A stretch of 48,452 nt of DNA, taken from Paludibacteraceae bacterium. Lineage in GTDB: Bacteria; Bacteroidota; Bacteroidia; Bacteroidales; Paludibacteraceae. Positions 17,920 through 26,548 of the stretch are shown here, piece by piece; positions within the stretch are counted from its first letter, which is position 1, and the number at the start of each line of letters is the position of its first letter. The translations under genes were made by a program, and so were the position numbers. Under the pieces are notes generated by a model that saw only the letters and a list, made by a program, of their open reading frames with translations, did not search any database and was not told the origin of the DNA. Where the stretch lies: NCBI GenBank assembly GCA_016282955.1, contig JAEELX010000104.1, positions 1 through 48,452 on the forward strand, given 5' to 3'.

Positions 17920-17990
17920 ACAATTATTTTTAAAAGTTATTATTCTAACATTTCACCCAACAAAAGCAGCATTTTTTTTCACCTCCAACC

Positions 17991-20345
17991 CTACTCTTCC
18001 TCCGTATAATACGGATTGGCGAATTCTTGGTGGGTTATTTTGGCTTTGAGTCGTTGCCACCACGTTGGCTTGACACCCATGCCGTAGGTGTATTCTTGCT
18101 GGTTTTTCTTGTCCACGTCCGACAAAATCAGGTAAATCTTGTCTTTGTAATGCTCGTGCAGTTGCTCCAACACGTTTAAGCAGAACTTCTTGTCGGTTTT
18201 CATCTGACGAATGACGTACAACGTAATGTCCGTATTACCTACCACAAAACTTGCATCTGGCACCATACCAATCGGCGACGTATCCACAATCACAAAATCG
18301 TACATCTTACGCACCGACTGCAAGAAAGCCTCCATCTCATCGGAACGAATCATCTCGCCCGGATTGGGTGGAATCGCTCCCGCTTGGATAAAATCAAACG
18401 GATAACGGTCGTCTTTGATGATGATTTCGTCCAAACCACAATCGTGAATGAGGTAGTTGCTCAAACCCTTTTGCTTGGGGATTTGCAAAACGCCGTGAAT
18501 ACTCGGCTTGCGAATATCCATATCCACCAGCAACGTCTTTTTCCCACTCATCGCATAAATCGTTGCCAAATTGGTAGAGAAAAACGTCTTCCCATCGCCT
18601 GATTGGGTGGAAGTGATAGCAATGAGCATATCCGTTTTTCGCTTCAAAATAAACTCGACTTTGTTACGAATCACCCGCAATTGTTCGGCGTATGCGGAAC
18701 GAGGTTTAGACAAAGCAATAGTCGGGTTATTACTGCGAAGATGCGATAAAAAAGACAGCAAAGGATAGTCCACAACACTCTTCACGTCTTTTTCGTCTCG
18801 GAAACGATTGTTCGTTTTTTCCGACAAAACCACCAGACCGAACGGCACCAGTAACGCCAACAAAAGGCACAGAATAAGCGTATTCGTTTTGCGGTATTTG
18901 TTCGTTACGGAAAGCACATGTGCGTACTCCAAAATCTCGTGGTCAGACGTGTTGCTCGCCCGCTGAATCTCCGCTTCTGCCCGCTTTTGCAGGAAAAACG
19001 TGTAGTACGTGTCGCTTACCCGATAGTCCCGCTGAATAGACGAGATTCGCATCTCTTTTTGCGGTAAGTCTTTGATTTGTTTTTCTAACTGCGTGATGTT
19101 GTTTTGCAGGTTTTGTTTTTCGATGCCCAACGTGCTTCGCATTGACTTAATGACCTCCGCAATCGTTTTTTTGACGTTTTCAATGTCGGTCGTATATTTC
19201 GCATAGTAGATGTTCTGTTCGCTAAGCTCGGCTCGTTGGAGTTGGAGCGTGTTGAGTTGCTGGACGTAACTGGTCAAAGCCCCATCTGTAAGCCCCAAGG
19301 CAGAAGGCGAGGCAACGCTCTCGGTGGCGATGGACTGTTGCAAGTAGTCCGACAAATAGTTGAGGTAGTTTTCTTTGAGTTGCGAAAGTGCCAAGTCCTG
19401 CTCGTATTGTGCCAAACGTTGCGTCAAGGTACTGCCGTAGTTCGTGGGGTCTAAAATTTTGTTTTGCGAATGGAAGTTGGTCAGGCTATTCTCGCTTTGT
19501 TGCAGGTCGTGCGAGAGGAGTTGCAGTTGCGAATTGATAAAATCAATGCTACTGTTCGCCATCTTGTTTTTGCGTTCGATGTTCGTTATTTGCACCAGAC
19601 GCAAAATCGTGTTGATAATATCGTATCCTTTTTGCAACGAGTTGGTGGTCAGGAAGACATCTATCGCCGCACTATTATTCATTACGGCATTCATTTTGAG
19701 GCGTTTGGTGAGGGTTTGGATGAGAATTTCTTTGTTGTTAAAATGGAACGAAACCTTTTCAAACGGAGCCTTTTGGGCAATGGTGGCTTTGAAATAAGGC
19801 GTTTCGAAAGGTTTATCCAACTCAACCACTTGCTGGAACGATTTATCTTCGTTTTCAATTTGAATTTGATTTTCCGTCAATGCCACACACGAAAAAACTT
19901 GATTATAAGCCGCTTTATTGATAATTTGAAAATCAACCACTTGGATAGGCGAACGCTTGTAGAGGTCGTAATTTTTCAACTTCTTTTGCTCGCTATACTC
20001 CACCAACAAGTCGGGCAACGAATCCACTACTCGCGACAAAAAATCGTAACTCGTCATCAAAATCAGCTGATTATTGATTTCTCGCTGAGCCGCAACGCCA
20101 TTGTAATCAAACGGGTTGGTGTTGCTGTTGGGCAAGGTGTTTTTTTGTTGGTTGTGGTTCACCATAAGCCGACCTGCCACTTTGTAAGTCGGTGTCCATT
20201 GTAGGTTCGTAAAAACAATAAAACCTACGGCGATGATGCCCGCAACCACAAAAAGATACCAATATCTTTTACTTTTTTCTATCCACTCACCCAAATGGAA
20301 GTTGGAGGGTTCATCTTGAAAAGGCATAGTCTGTTTTGGATTCAT
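17991..20345 (-). CDS. Polysaccharide co-polymerase / tyrosine autokinase (Wzc/GumC-like)
   Basis: 784 aa. Has Wzz-type N-terminal and coiled-coil regions and a C-terminal BY-kinase. Intact Walker A (SGDGKT), A' (LLVDMDIRKP) and B (FVIVDTSP), plus a C-terminal Tyr cluster. Confidence 0.88.
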   Translation of the reverse strand: MNPKQTMPFQDEPSNFHLGEWIEKSKRYWYLFVVAGIIAVGFIVFTNLQWTPTYKVAGRLMVNHNQQKNTLPNSNTNPFDYNGVAAQREINNQLILMTSYDFLSRVVDSLPDLLVEYSEQKKLKNYDLYKRSPIQVVDFQIINKAAYNQVFSCVALTENQIQIENEDKSFQQVVELDKPFETPYFKATIAQKAPFEKVSFHFNNKEILIQTLTKRLKMNAVMNNSAAIDVFLTTNSLQKGYDIINTILRLVQITNIERKNKMANSSIDFINSQLQLLSHDLQQSENSLTNFHSQNKILDPTNYGSTLTQRLAQYEQDLALSQLKENYLNYLSDYLQQSIATESVASPSALGLTDGALTSYVQQLNTLQLQRAELSEQNIYYAKYTTDIENVKKTIAEVIKSMRSTLGIEKQNLQNNITQLEKQIKDLPQKEMRISSIQRDYRVSDTYYTFFLQKRAEAEIQRASNTSDHEILEYAHVLSVTNKYRKTNTLILCLLLALLVPFGLVVLSEKTNNRFRDEKDVKSVVDYPLLSFLSHLRSNNPTIALSKPRSAYAEQLRVIRNKVEFILKRKTDMLIAITSTQSGDGKTFFSTNLATIYAMSGKKTLLVDMDIRKPSIHGVLQIPKQKGLSNYLIHDCGLDEIIIKDDRYPFDFIQAGAIPPNPGEMIRSDEMEAFLQSVRKMYDFVIVDTSPIGMVPDASFVVGNTDITLYVIRQMKTDKKFCLNVLEQLHEHYKDKIYLILSDVDKKNQQEYTYGMGVKPTWWQRLKAKITHQEFANPYYTEEE

Positions 20346-21061
20346 AAGCCTGAATAATTAAGTACAACTACGAGTAATGAAACGGAAGAACTGACCAAGG
20401 CGATAAAACTCGCATACGAAGGCACTTTGTAGAAACTTCCTTTGTCGCGACTGACGTAAATCAAGTCGTTCGGATAGACGTAATAATACTCGGAATTGAT
20501 AACTGTATTGGTTCGTAAATCAAATTCTAAAATCTGGGGCTGTTGGCTGCCGATATTGCGAACGATGCGAATATGGCGTTTGTCGGCGGAAGTCATCACG
20601 TCGCCCGTCATTGCCAACGCTTGGTAGATGGTCAAACGCTCCTTGTAAATAGGATACTTCCCCGAAACGACATCGCCCAAAACGGTAAACTGTTTGTTGT
20701 GCAAGGCGATTTTGATTTCTGCATCGGGAATGAAGTTCCGCAAATGTGACCGCAAGGTATCCGTCGCCTCCGCTTCAGTCAAACCCACTATCTTCACGGG
20801 CGACACAAAAGGTATATCAATCGTTCCGTCCTCGTAGATACGCGTAACGGCGTTTTTGTTGAGGGTTGGCGTGATGGTTTTGTCCATGGACATAATCCGA
20901 TAGGCGATTTCATCGTTCACCTGCAACCGATAGGGTTGATACACGACCGAATCGTACTGCGGTAAGTTGGTGCGAGTTTGCAGCAGACCCACCTGCCGAT
21001 GCCCGTAGCAACTGGTGAGCAAAAAGAGCAAAACGATTATGTAACAATGGACGCTTTTCAT
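20342..21061 (-). CDS. Polysaccharide export protein (Wza/BexD-like)
   Basis: 239 aa with a signal peptide. Has Poly_export plus SLBB-like regions (VLGDVVSGKYPIY...IYQALAMTGD). Confidence 0.8.
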   Translation of the reverse strand: MKSVHCYIIVLLFLLTSCYGHRQVGLLQTRTNLPQYDSVVYQPYRLQVNDEIAYRIMSMDKTITPTLNKNAVTRIYEDGTIDIPFVSPVKIVGLTEAEATDTLRSHLRNFIPDAEIKIALHNKQFTVLGDVVSGKYPIYKERLTIYQALAMTGDVMTSADKRHIRIVRNIGSQQPQILEFDLRTNTVINSEYYYVYPNDLIYVSRDKGSFYKVPSYASFIALVSSSVSLLVVVLNYSGL

Positions 21062-21069
21062 GATTTTTT

Positions 21070-21879
21070 TTAATTTACAATCCGCATAATCACCGCATAA
21101 ATCAGTCCCGCAAACGAAATAGTCGAAGCCGTGATGGCAATCGTATTCGTAACCGAAGAAAGCCCAAACGAGTAGCCTTTCATCTTGGGGATATAAATCA
21201 CGTCGTCGGGTTCAATGTAAAAAAACTCGGAATGGATAATATCTTCCGACCGTAAGTCAAACGTTTTCAAAACCGTCTGCCCATTTGACATCGTCCGCAC
21301 CAACGTCACTTTGCTTCGGTCGCTAAAATCGTCCAAGTTCCCAAACATCGCGAGGGCATCGTAGATGTTGATTTTGTCCGCATTCATCGGATACCGTCCG
21401 CTATTCACCGCACTAATAACACTGAAATATCGCCTCACCACTCGCACATCGACCGAGATGGGCGTGGCATTCGTGCTGAACAACTGTGGCAAATCGGCTT
21501 CTAATTTCTCTTTCACGCCCCGTGTCGTAAGTCCACCAATCGCTATCTTCCCCAGCATCGGGAAGGTAATCTCGCCCTGTTCATCCACCAGATAAGTCGC
21601 CAAATCGGCATTGCTCGTGTTGCTCGTCTCCAACTCGGCACGATTAACAAAAGAGGGGTTGAAGTAGTTGTTGATGTCCTCGTTGAGCGAATGCACGAAA
21701 ATATCCAAACGGTCGTTGGGCTTGATTTGGTAGGCAGTGTGGTTGAGGGTGTCGTTATAGGTAGGGATAGAGCCCGAAGACGCCTGTAATAAGTTCACTT
21801 TTCTGGACGTAACGCAACTCTGAAAGAGGAGCAACCAACCTCCCAACAAAACCCATACTATGTATTTTTTAGCCCTCAT
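21070..21879 (-). CDS. Polysaccharide export protein (Wza/BexD-like), second paralogue
   Basis: 269 aa with a signal peptide and the same architecture (ISAVNSGRYPM...IYDALAMFGN). Confidence 0.8.
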   Translation of the reverse strand: MRAKKYIVWVLLGGWLLLFQSCVTSRKVNLLQASSGSIPTYNDTLNHTAYQIKPNDRLDIFVHSLNEDINNYFNPSFVNRAELETSNTSNADLATYLVDEQGEITFPMLGKIAIGGLTTRGVKEKLEADLPQLFSTNATPISVDVRVVRRYFSVISAVNSGRYPMNADKINIYDALAMFGNLDDFSDRSKVTLVRTMSNGQTVLKTFDLRSEDIIHSEFFYIEPDDVIYIPKMKGYSFGLSSVTNTIAITASTISFAGLIYAVIMRIVN

Positions 21880-21885
21880 GTTCGG

Positions 21886-22815
21886 TCATACTTTTGTTGC
21901 CAACGGATGGAAGTCCCCCACTAAGCCGACAGGTTGTTGCTGGCAAATCGCGTGGGTTACCTCAATACCTGCCCGTGCATCGTCAATACCCCACCCTTGC
22001 CCTGCGAGGATTTGTTTGTAACTCTCGGTGTGCAGGTCGGTAAAGCCGTTTGAGAACTCAATCTCTTGCCCGTCAATAGTCATCGAACGATAAAAAGTGT
22101 GCGAAGCATTTGTAGGCAACAATTTTGCATTAATACTCAAAAAATACCGCACTCTCGCCTGCTCCAACTCCAAAAATCCTGCCACGCTATCCGCAGTTTT
22201 GAGATGAAGCACATTCTGTTTCACGGCTCCAAAAAGCCACTGCAACAAGTCGTAAAAATGGATACCGATATTCACTGCCAACCCACCCGACTTCGCCTCG
22301 TTGCCCTTCCAACTTGTATCGTACCAACTGCCACGAGCCGTGATATAGGTCAAATCAACATCGTATGTTTTGTTCGGAGCCGCAGCAAGTTTGCTTTTTA
22401 CCTCCTTGATTTTGTCGTGCAGACGCAGTTGCGAGATGACGTTCACTCGCTTGCCACTTCGCTTTTCTTCTTGCTTGAGGTCGTCCAAATGAGCGGGATT
22501 GAGTATCAGCGGTTTTTCACAAATCACATCCCAACCCATCCGCAAACCGTACCGAATCAAACTCTCGTGCGTGTAGTTTGGCGTACAAATGGTGAGGTAA
22601 TCAATGGGATTTGGAGACTTATTTTGCTGAAAACAAAAATCGTCAAATAGCTCAAAATGTTTAAAAAAAACGCATTGTGGAAACGTGGCATCCAAAGAGC
22701 CCACCGAGTCGTGTTTATCGTGAGCAACCAACAGATTATTCCCCGTTTGTGCAATCGCTTTGATATGTCTCGGGGCGATGTACCCTGCCACTCCAACCAA
22801 TGCAAAATTCTTCAT
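21886..22815 (-). CDS. Gfo/Idh/MocA-family oxidoreductase (WbpB-like sugar-nucleotide dehydrogenase)
   Basis: 309 aa with an N-terminal Rossmann fold (FALVGVAGYIAPRH), in a polysaccharide-locus context. Confidence 0.7.
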   Translation of the reverse strand: MKNFALVGVAGYIAPRHIKAIAQTGNNLLVAHDKHDSVGSLDATFPQCVFFKHFELFDDFCFQQNKSPNPIDYLTICTPNYTHESLIRYGLRMGWDVICEKPLILNPAHLDDLKQEEKRSGKRVNVISQLRLHDKIKEVKSKLAAAPNKTYDVDLTYITARGSWYDTSWKGNEAKSGGLAVNIGIHFYDLLQWLFGAVKQNVLHLKTADSVAGFLELEQARVRYFLSINAKLLPTNASHTFYRSMTIDGQEIEFSNGFTDLHTESYKQILAGQGWGIDDARAGIEVTHAICQQQPVGLVGDFHPLATKV

Positions 22816-23156
22816 TCCTGTAACTTTTTACAAGTATCTAAGACCTTTCCCCACTTGTTTAGCATCTTTTTGAGCGTCTCGTCTTCGTCTTGCACATTCT
22901 GATAGAGCCGCACCAAACTCTTGTAAATCAAGTCGCTTTCTTCCAACAAAACCTGCCAATGAGGATTGTTGGTGTCGATTTGGTCTAAATTAAGACGTAG
23001 TTTGTCGATTCCTACCAAAAACATAGCCAGCGTCGTGTATTTGCCGTGATGTTCGTGATACATTGGCACGATGGCTTCATACGCTTCTTGAATCTTGCCC
23101 TGCTTCCGTAGTTCAAAAACGTCTTGTACAGTCATAATCAAAAAATAAAAACACAC
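22812..23156 (-). CDS. Hypothetical protein (true start probably the ATG at 23135)
   Basis: The track ORF starts at a GTG that lies inside the rubrerythrin terminator stem. The first ATG (M8, MTVQDVF) is at 23135. Overlaps the next gene by 4 nt. Confidence 0.55.
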   Translation of the reverse strand: MCFYFLIMTVQDVFELRKQGKIQEAYEAIVPMYHEHHGKYTTLAMFLVGIDKLRLNLDQIDTNNPHWQVLLEESDLIYKSLVRLYQNVQDEDETLKKMLNKWGKVLDTCKKLQE

Positions 23157-23182
23157 CGATAGTGCAACGTGTGCATTATCGG
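23140..23182 (-). terminator. Rho-independent terminator after rubrerythrin
   Basis: On the minus strand, the stem CCGATA...TATCGG (23177-23182 : 23156-23161, with inner GCA/TGC pairs) is followed by TGTGTTTTTATTTTTT. Confidence 0.5.
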
Positions 23183-23201
23183 CATGATTTCAGATGAACG
23201 A

Positions 23202-23747
23202 TTACTTTTTAAAATAGCGGTTATACAACCCTTCAAAGCCGCAACCGTGACGTGCTTCGTCTTTTGCCATCTCGTGTACGGTGTCATGGATTGCGTCCCA
23301 GTTTTGTTGTTTTGCACGCATCGCTATCTTCAATTTCCCTTCGCAAGCACCTGCCTCAGCGAGCATACGTTTTTCAAGGTTGGTTTTGGTATCCCACACT
23401 ACATCGCCTAACAATTCAGCAAACTTTGCACAGTGTTCAGCCTCTTCAAAAGCGTAACGTTTGAAGGCTTCGGCAATCTCGGGGTATCCTTCGCGGTCGG
23501 CTTGACGCGACATTGCCAAGTACATTCCCACTTCGGTTGCCTCCCCCATAAAGTGTCCGTGCAAATCTTGACGCATCTCTTCGTCAGCATCTTTTGCAAC
23601 GCCAATCACGTGTTCGCAAGCGAAAGAGAGTTTGGAATCGTCCATCACTTTCCACTCAACGACTTGTTTACACTGTGGGCATCTTTCTGGGGCTTCGGTC
23701 CCTTCGTGGATATATCCACAAATAGGACAAATAAATTTCTTTGTCAT
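23202..23747 (-). CDS. Rubrerythrin, reverse domain order (N-terminal rubredoxin-like, C-terminal di-iron ferritin-like)
   Basis: 181 aa. CPICGY...CPQC sits at the N-terminus. ExxH di-iron motifs (EEAEH, KDEARH) lie downstream. Confidence 0.85.
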   Translation of the reverse strand: MTKKFICPICGYIHEGTEAPERCPQCKQVVEWKVMDDSKLSFACEHVIGVAKDADEEMRQDLHGHFMGEATEVGMYLAMSRQADREGYPEIAEAFKRYAFEEAEHCAKFAELLGDVVWDTKTNLEKRMLAEAGACEGKLKIAMRAKQQNWDAIHDTVHEMAKDEARHGCGFEGLYNRYFKK

Positions 23748-23765
23748 ACGTTTATATTTTTTTTG

Positions 23766-23773
23766 CGAATATA
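23766..23773 (-). promoter_or_regulatory. Promoter -7 box variant TATATTCG for rubrerythrin
   Basis: One mismatch to TAnnTTTG, 18 nt upstream of the ATG at 23747. Confidence 0.3.
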
Positions 23774-23868
23774 GGTTTTTTATTACAAAAATGAAAAAAT
23801 AGAAATGATTTTATTTTTTAATGTTTAAAAATCGTAATGCAGAGATAAAGGGAAAAAAGGCATAGTTG

Positions 23869-23905
23869 CAAAAAAGAAATGCAAAACAAATCGTTCTGCA
23901 TTTCT
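23869..23905 (-). terminator. Rho-independent terminator after the LRR gene
   Basis: On the minus strand, a 9-bp stem AGAAATGCA/TGCATTTCT (23897-23905 : 23875-23883) is followed by a T-run. Confidence 0.7.
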
Positions 23906-23927
23906 AATTGGAGTATATTATTGTTGA

Positions 23928-24902
23928 CTATTTATACACAATATTTGTTTCATTTGGGGTAGAGAGGTTTTCTATTGTTTGCTCTGTTTTCATATAGAGC
24001 GTTGCTAAAGGATTTTCAGTGCAATCTAAATATGTCAACGCCATATTATTACTCACGTCCAAAGAAGTTAACTGATTACTCAAACAACACAAACCCATCA
24101 ATGCTACATTACTACTCACGTCCAAAAAAGTTAACTGATTACTAGGACAAAATAATACCATCAATGCCGTATTCTTACTCAAATCCAAAATAGACAACTT
24201 ATTGGAATAGCAATTCAAATGCCTCAATGCCGTACAACCACTTACATTCAAAGAAGTCAACTGATTGGAATAGCACCACAATGTATCCAACGCCGTATTA
24301 TTACTCACGTCTAAAGAAGTCAATTGATTAGAACGACAATTCAAATATGTCAATGTAGTATTTTTACTCACTTCTAAAGAGGTCAACTGATTGGCACTAC
24401 ACCACAATTTCTTCAACGCCGTATTATTGCTCACGTCCAAAGAAGACAATTTATTTTCATAACAATACAATTGTGTCAATGCTAGATTTTTACTCACGTT
24501 CAAAGAAGTCAACTGATTGTAATGGCACCACAACGTATCTAATAAGATATTTGCACTAACATCAAGCGTTCTAATTTGATTATAGTTACACTTCAACATA
24601 TTCAAATTCGGAAAATATTCAATACCCTTCAGCGATTTGATCGTGCCTGTTTTCATATTGTTTTCCACAGTCCCACTTACATCTATTCTTGTAACACTTT
24701 TCCCCTCTGTAAGCGATAATTTGCCATTACCGTCTGTGTCAAAGTTTTTAAGGCAATACTCCTTAAAATCCAAATCTTCCATCACCGAACAAATATCAAA
24801 ATTCTCATCTAATACCGTAGAATCATCCGAATTTGTAGGTTCATTCGAATCACAGCCCACCAATAAAAGTCCTGTGAGCAACATTAAAAAAATCTTTTTC
24901 AT
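23928..24902 (-). CDS. Leucine-rich-repeat (BspA-like) surface lipoprotein
   Basis: 324 aa with a lipobox (LLVGC) and an EF-hand/dockerin-like loop (DTDGNGKLSLTE). These are followed by about 9.5 copies of the 21-aa unit NQLTSLDVSNNTALxxLxCxx. Confidence 0.85.
   Translation of the reverse strand: MKKIFLMLLTGLLLVGCDSNEPTNSDDSTVLDENFDICSVMEDLDFKEYCLKNFDTDGNGKLSLTEGKSVTRIDVSGTVENNMKTGTIKSLKGIEYFPNLNMLKCNYNQIRTLDVSANILLDTLWCHYNQLTSLNVSKNLALTQLYCYENKLSSLDVSNNTALKKLWCSANQLTSLEVSKNTTLTYLNCRSNQLTSLDVSNNTALDTLWCYSNQLTSLNVSGCTALRHLNCYSNKLSILDLSKNTALMVLFCPSNQLTFLDVSSNVALMGLCCLSNQLTSLDVSNNMALTYLDCTENPLATLYMKTEQTIENLSTPNETNIVYK
23994..24617 (-). repeat. Tandem 63-nt coding repeats (LRR units)
   Basis: Period measured as 63 nt (for example ACTCACGTCC at 24051 and again at 24114). 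The copies are divergent and in frame within the LRR CDS. Confidence 0.85.
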
Positions 24903-24978
24903 ATTCGTATAATTTTAGAGATTATTATTTTTCAAAATTTAAAACATAAAAAGCGCAAATTTTCTCGCTTCTGTCGGA

Positions 24979-25103
24979 TTCTTGAGGATTTACCAGACTA
25001 CCTTACATTTCCTACATTTACGAACAAAACTCACGCTCGTGCGTAAGCAATTTGCTTTGTTCTCGGAAATGTAATTCTTGTAAAATGTCTGGTTTTTCAA
25101 GAA
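24979..25103. repeat. Extended imperfect palindrome (~125 bp, four helices) with TACATTT heptamer copies
   Basis: Arms pair as 24979-24985:25097-25103 (7 bp), 24992-24998:25087-25093 (7 bp), 25003-25012:25065-25074 (10 bp) and 25022-25028:25056-25062 (7 bp). TACATTT occurs at 25005 and 25013, and inverted at 25068. Confidence 0.6.
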
Positions 25104-25200
25104 CCCAAGTATAAAGCTAAAACGCTATTTTATGTATGTTGCCTTTTTAATTATTATGCTTCATAGGCAAAAAATTTTTATCTGTTTATATTATCAATTA

Positions 25201-25632
25201 TTATTGCACTTTGCCAGTTGCAGGAATATCAAACGAAAAACGATTCTTTCCATCAATAGACGTCAAGAAGAAATCGGATTTAGAAATTAAGTTCATTCCT
25301 ATCAAGACATCGTAGTCGTCAATATCGCTACAATAGACAATAAGATTCTTATATAAATAGCCGTTGGGAAGACCAAGATGGATACGATAAACACCCACTT
25401 CTTCATCTCCACCAATACCCATAAGGCGTGTTTTCTCAAAAGGTTGGAGGTCAAGCATCTGTACCACATGAGGCGAGATAATAGTTACTTCTGCTCCTGT
25501 ATCCCACGCAGCATTTTGAGTAAAGAAACGCTTAACAGGGATCTCGCTCTGCATGATTTCTTCACCCTTAAAGACATAAGCTTCCGTCAAGATAGCATTG
25601 ATAAAACCATCATATTGCTTGATATACGCCAT
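25201..25632 (-). CDS. Retropepsin-like (clan AA) aspartic protease, single domain
   Basis: 143 aa. Has the catalytic AAWDTGAEVTIIS (D-T-G-A) motif and the downstream VLIGMNLIS motif typical of retropepsin folds. AT-rich. Confidence 0.7.
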   Translation of the reverse strand: MAYIKQYDGFINAILTEAYVFKGEEIMQSEIPVKRFFTQNAAWDTGAEVTIISPHVVQMLDLQPFEKTRLMGIGGDEEVGVYRIHLGLPNGYLYKNLIVYCSDIDDYDVLIGMNLISKSDFFLTSIDGKNRFSFDIPATGKVQ

Positions 25633-25805
25633 TAAAGAACCTCTGAAAGTTTTACACGGTCAACAACATATTCAGGTGGTGTGTAGCAGCCCTTTTTAGT
25701 GCGATAGAACGAGGCACGAACTCGCTTTGTCGGTTCTTGTTGCGGCAAATTTCCTTTGACGGTGAAGTCAGAAATGTCGTAGTCTTTAAATTGCTTGGTT
25801 TGCAT
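25632..25805 (-). CDS. Small hypothetical protein (57 aa), translationally coupled to the protease
   Basis: The ATG at 25805 gives MQTKQFKDYD.... Its TAA overlaps the protease ATG by 1 nt (TAATG). The track's GTG start at 25847 lies 3 nt from the promoter box and is unlikely. Confidence 0.5.
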   Translation of the reverse strand: MQTKQFKDYDISDFTVKGNLPQQEPTKRVRASFYRTKKGCYTPPEYVVDRVKLSEVL

Positions 25806-25849
25806 AATTGTTTTCTTTTGTTTGTACACAATACTCCCAAATATCACCG

Positions 25850-25857
25850 CAAAAATA
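25850..25857 (-). promoter_or_regulatory. Promoter -7 box TATTTTTG for the small-protein/protease pair
   Basis: Exact TAnnTTTG match on the minus strand, about 45 nt upstream of the ATG at 25805. Confidence 0.45.
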
Positions 25858-25902
25858 GTACAATTTTTACATTTAGCAAATAATTAGAATAAAATCCATT
25901 AT

Positions 25903-26547
25903 TTACCCTTTCTCTGCTTTCAGTTTTGCGACTTCGTCGGGATAGAGGGGTTCGGTTTCGAGCAAACGATTGTAAATCCGCAACGTAATCCAAGCGTCTG
26001 TGGCAGCGTACGAGATTTGGGCTTCGGTGAGCGTTTTGTCCTCCCAATTACTCAACTGCTGGGCTTTGGAGATTTTTTCGCCAAACATAATGGCTGTAAT
26101 TTTTTGCAAACTCAAATCCAAAATACCGTAATCATTCACCATACTCTGAATGTCAACGCACGCCTTGGGAGTCAAAGCGACAGTCGGCTTATACCCTCGC
26201 CGCAAACCGATAAAGTCATTTTTGAACGCCAAACCCACTTTTTTCACATTCGGAGTATTAAAAATCGCAATAATGAGCGGGTGCAAACCAATCTTGTTGA
26301 GACGAAACAAAAAACACGTGTCCAACGTCGCCATCTGAATCAGCGAGGTCTCGTAATGCACATCTTTTTCGAAGGACGGTCGTGCCTCCGTATCCACACC
26401 GATAACGGGCTGATTGATTAAATAATCATACGCAGATTGGACTTGTTCCTCTTTTTCAATAACAAAAACTTTACCACTGAACGCCGTCAATGGTAAAGTT
26501 TGAATGGTCTCTTTGTCAATATGATGAGCAAACTTATTTTCTAACAT
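25903..26547 (-). CDS. 3'-5' exonuclease (DEDDy, RNase D/WRN-exo-like)
   Basis: 214 aa with an ExoI motif (VIGVDTEARPSF) and an ExoIII motif (YAATDAW). Confidence 0.8.
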   Translation of the reverse strand: MLENKFAHHIDKETIQTLPLTAFSGKVFVIEKEEQVQSAYDYLINQPVIGVDTEARPSFEKDVHYETSLIQMATLDTCFLFRLNKIGLHPLIIAIFNTPNVKKVGLAFKNDFIGLRRGYKPTVALTPKACVDIQSMVNDYGILDLSLQKITAIMFGEKISKAQQLSNWEDKTLTEAQISYAATDAWITLRIYNRLLETEPLYPDEVAKLKAEKG

Positions 26548-26548
26548 C

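Noticed and set aside
19464-20204. A 246-aa antisense ORF inside wzc. Similar cases are 40689-41345 in mtaB, 43300-43878 in marC and 45599-46192 in wza.
   Set aside because: All are fully nested antisense to strongly supported genes. They lack promoter boxes and recognisable domains, so I treat them as shadow ORFs.
23994-24617. Regularly spaced 63-nt repeats checked as a possible CRISPR array.
   Set aside because: The repeats are contiguous with no unique spacers. They are in frame within a 324-aa LRR lipoprotein ORF and encode the LRR consensus. No cas genes are present in the window.
25806-25847. The GTG-initiated 14-aa extension of the small ORF upstream of the retropepsin-like gene.
   Set aside because: The GTG lies 3 nt from the exact -7 box (25850-25857), so it is probably upstream of the transcription start. 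The ATG at 25805 is preferred.
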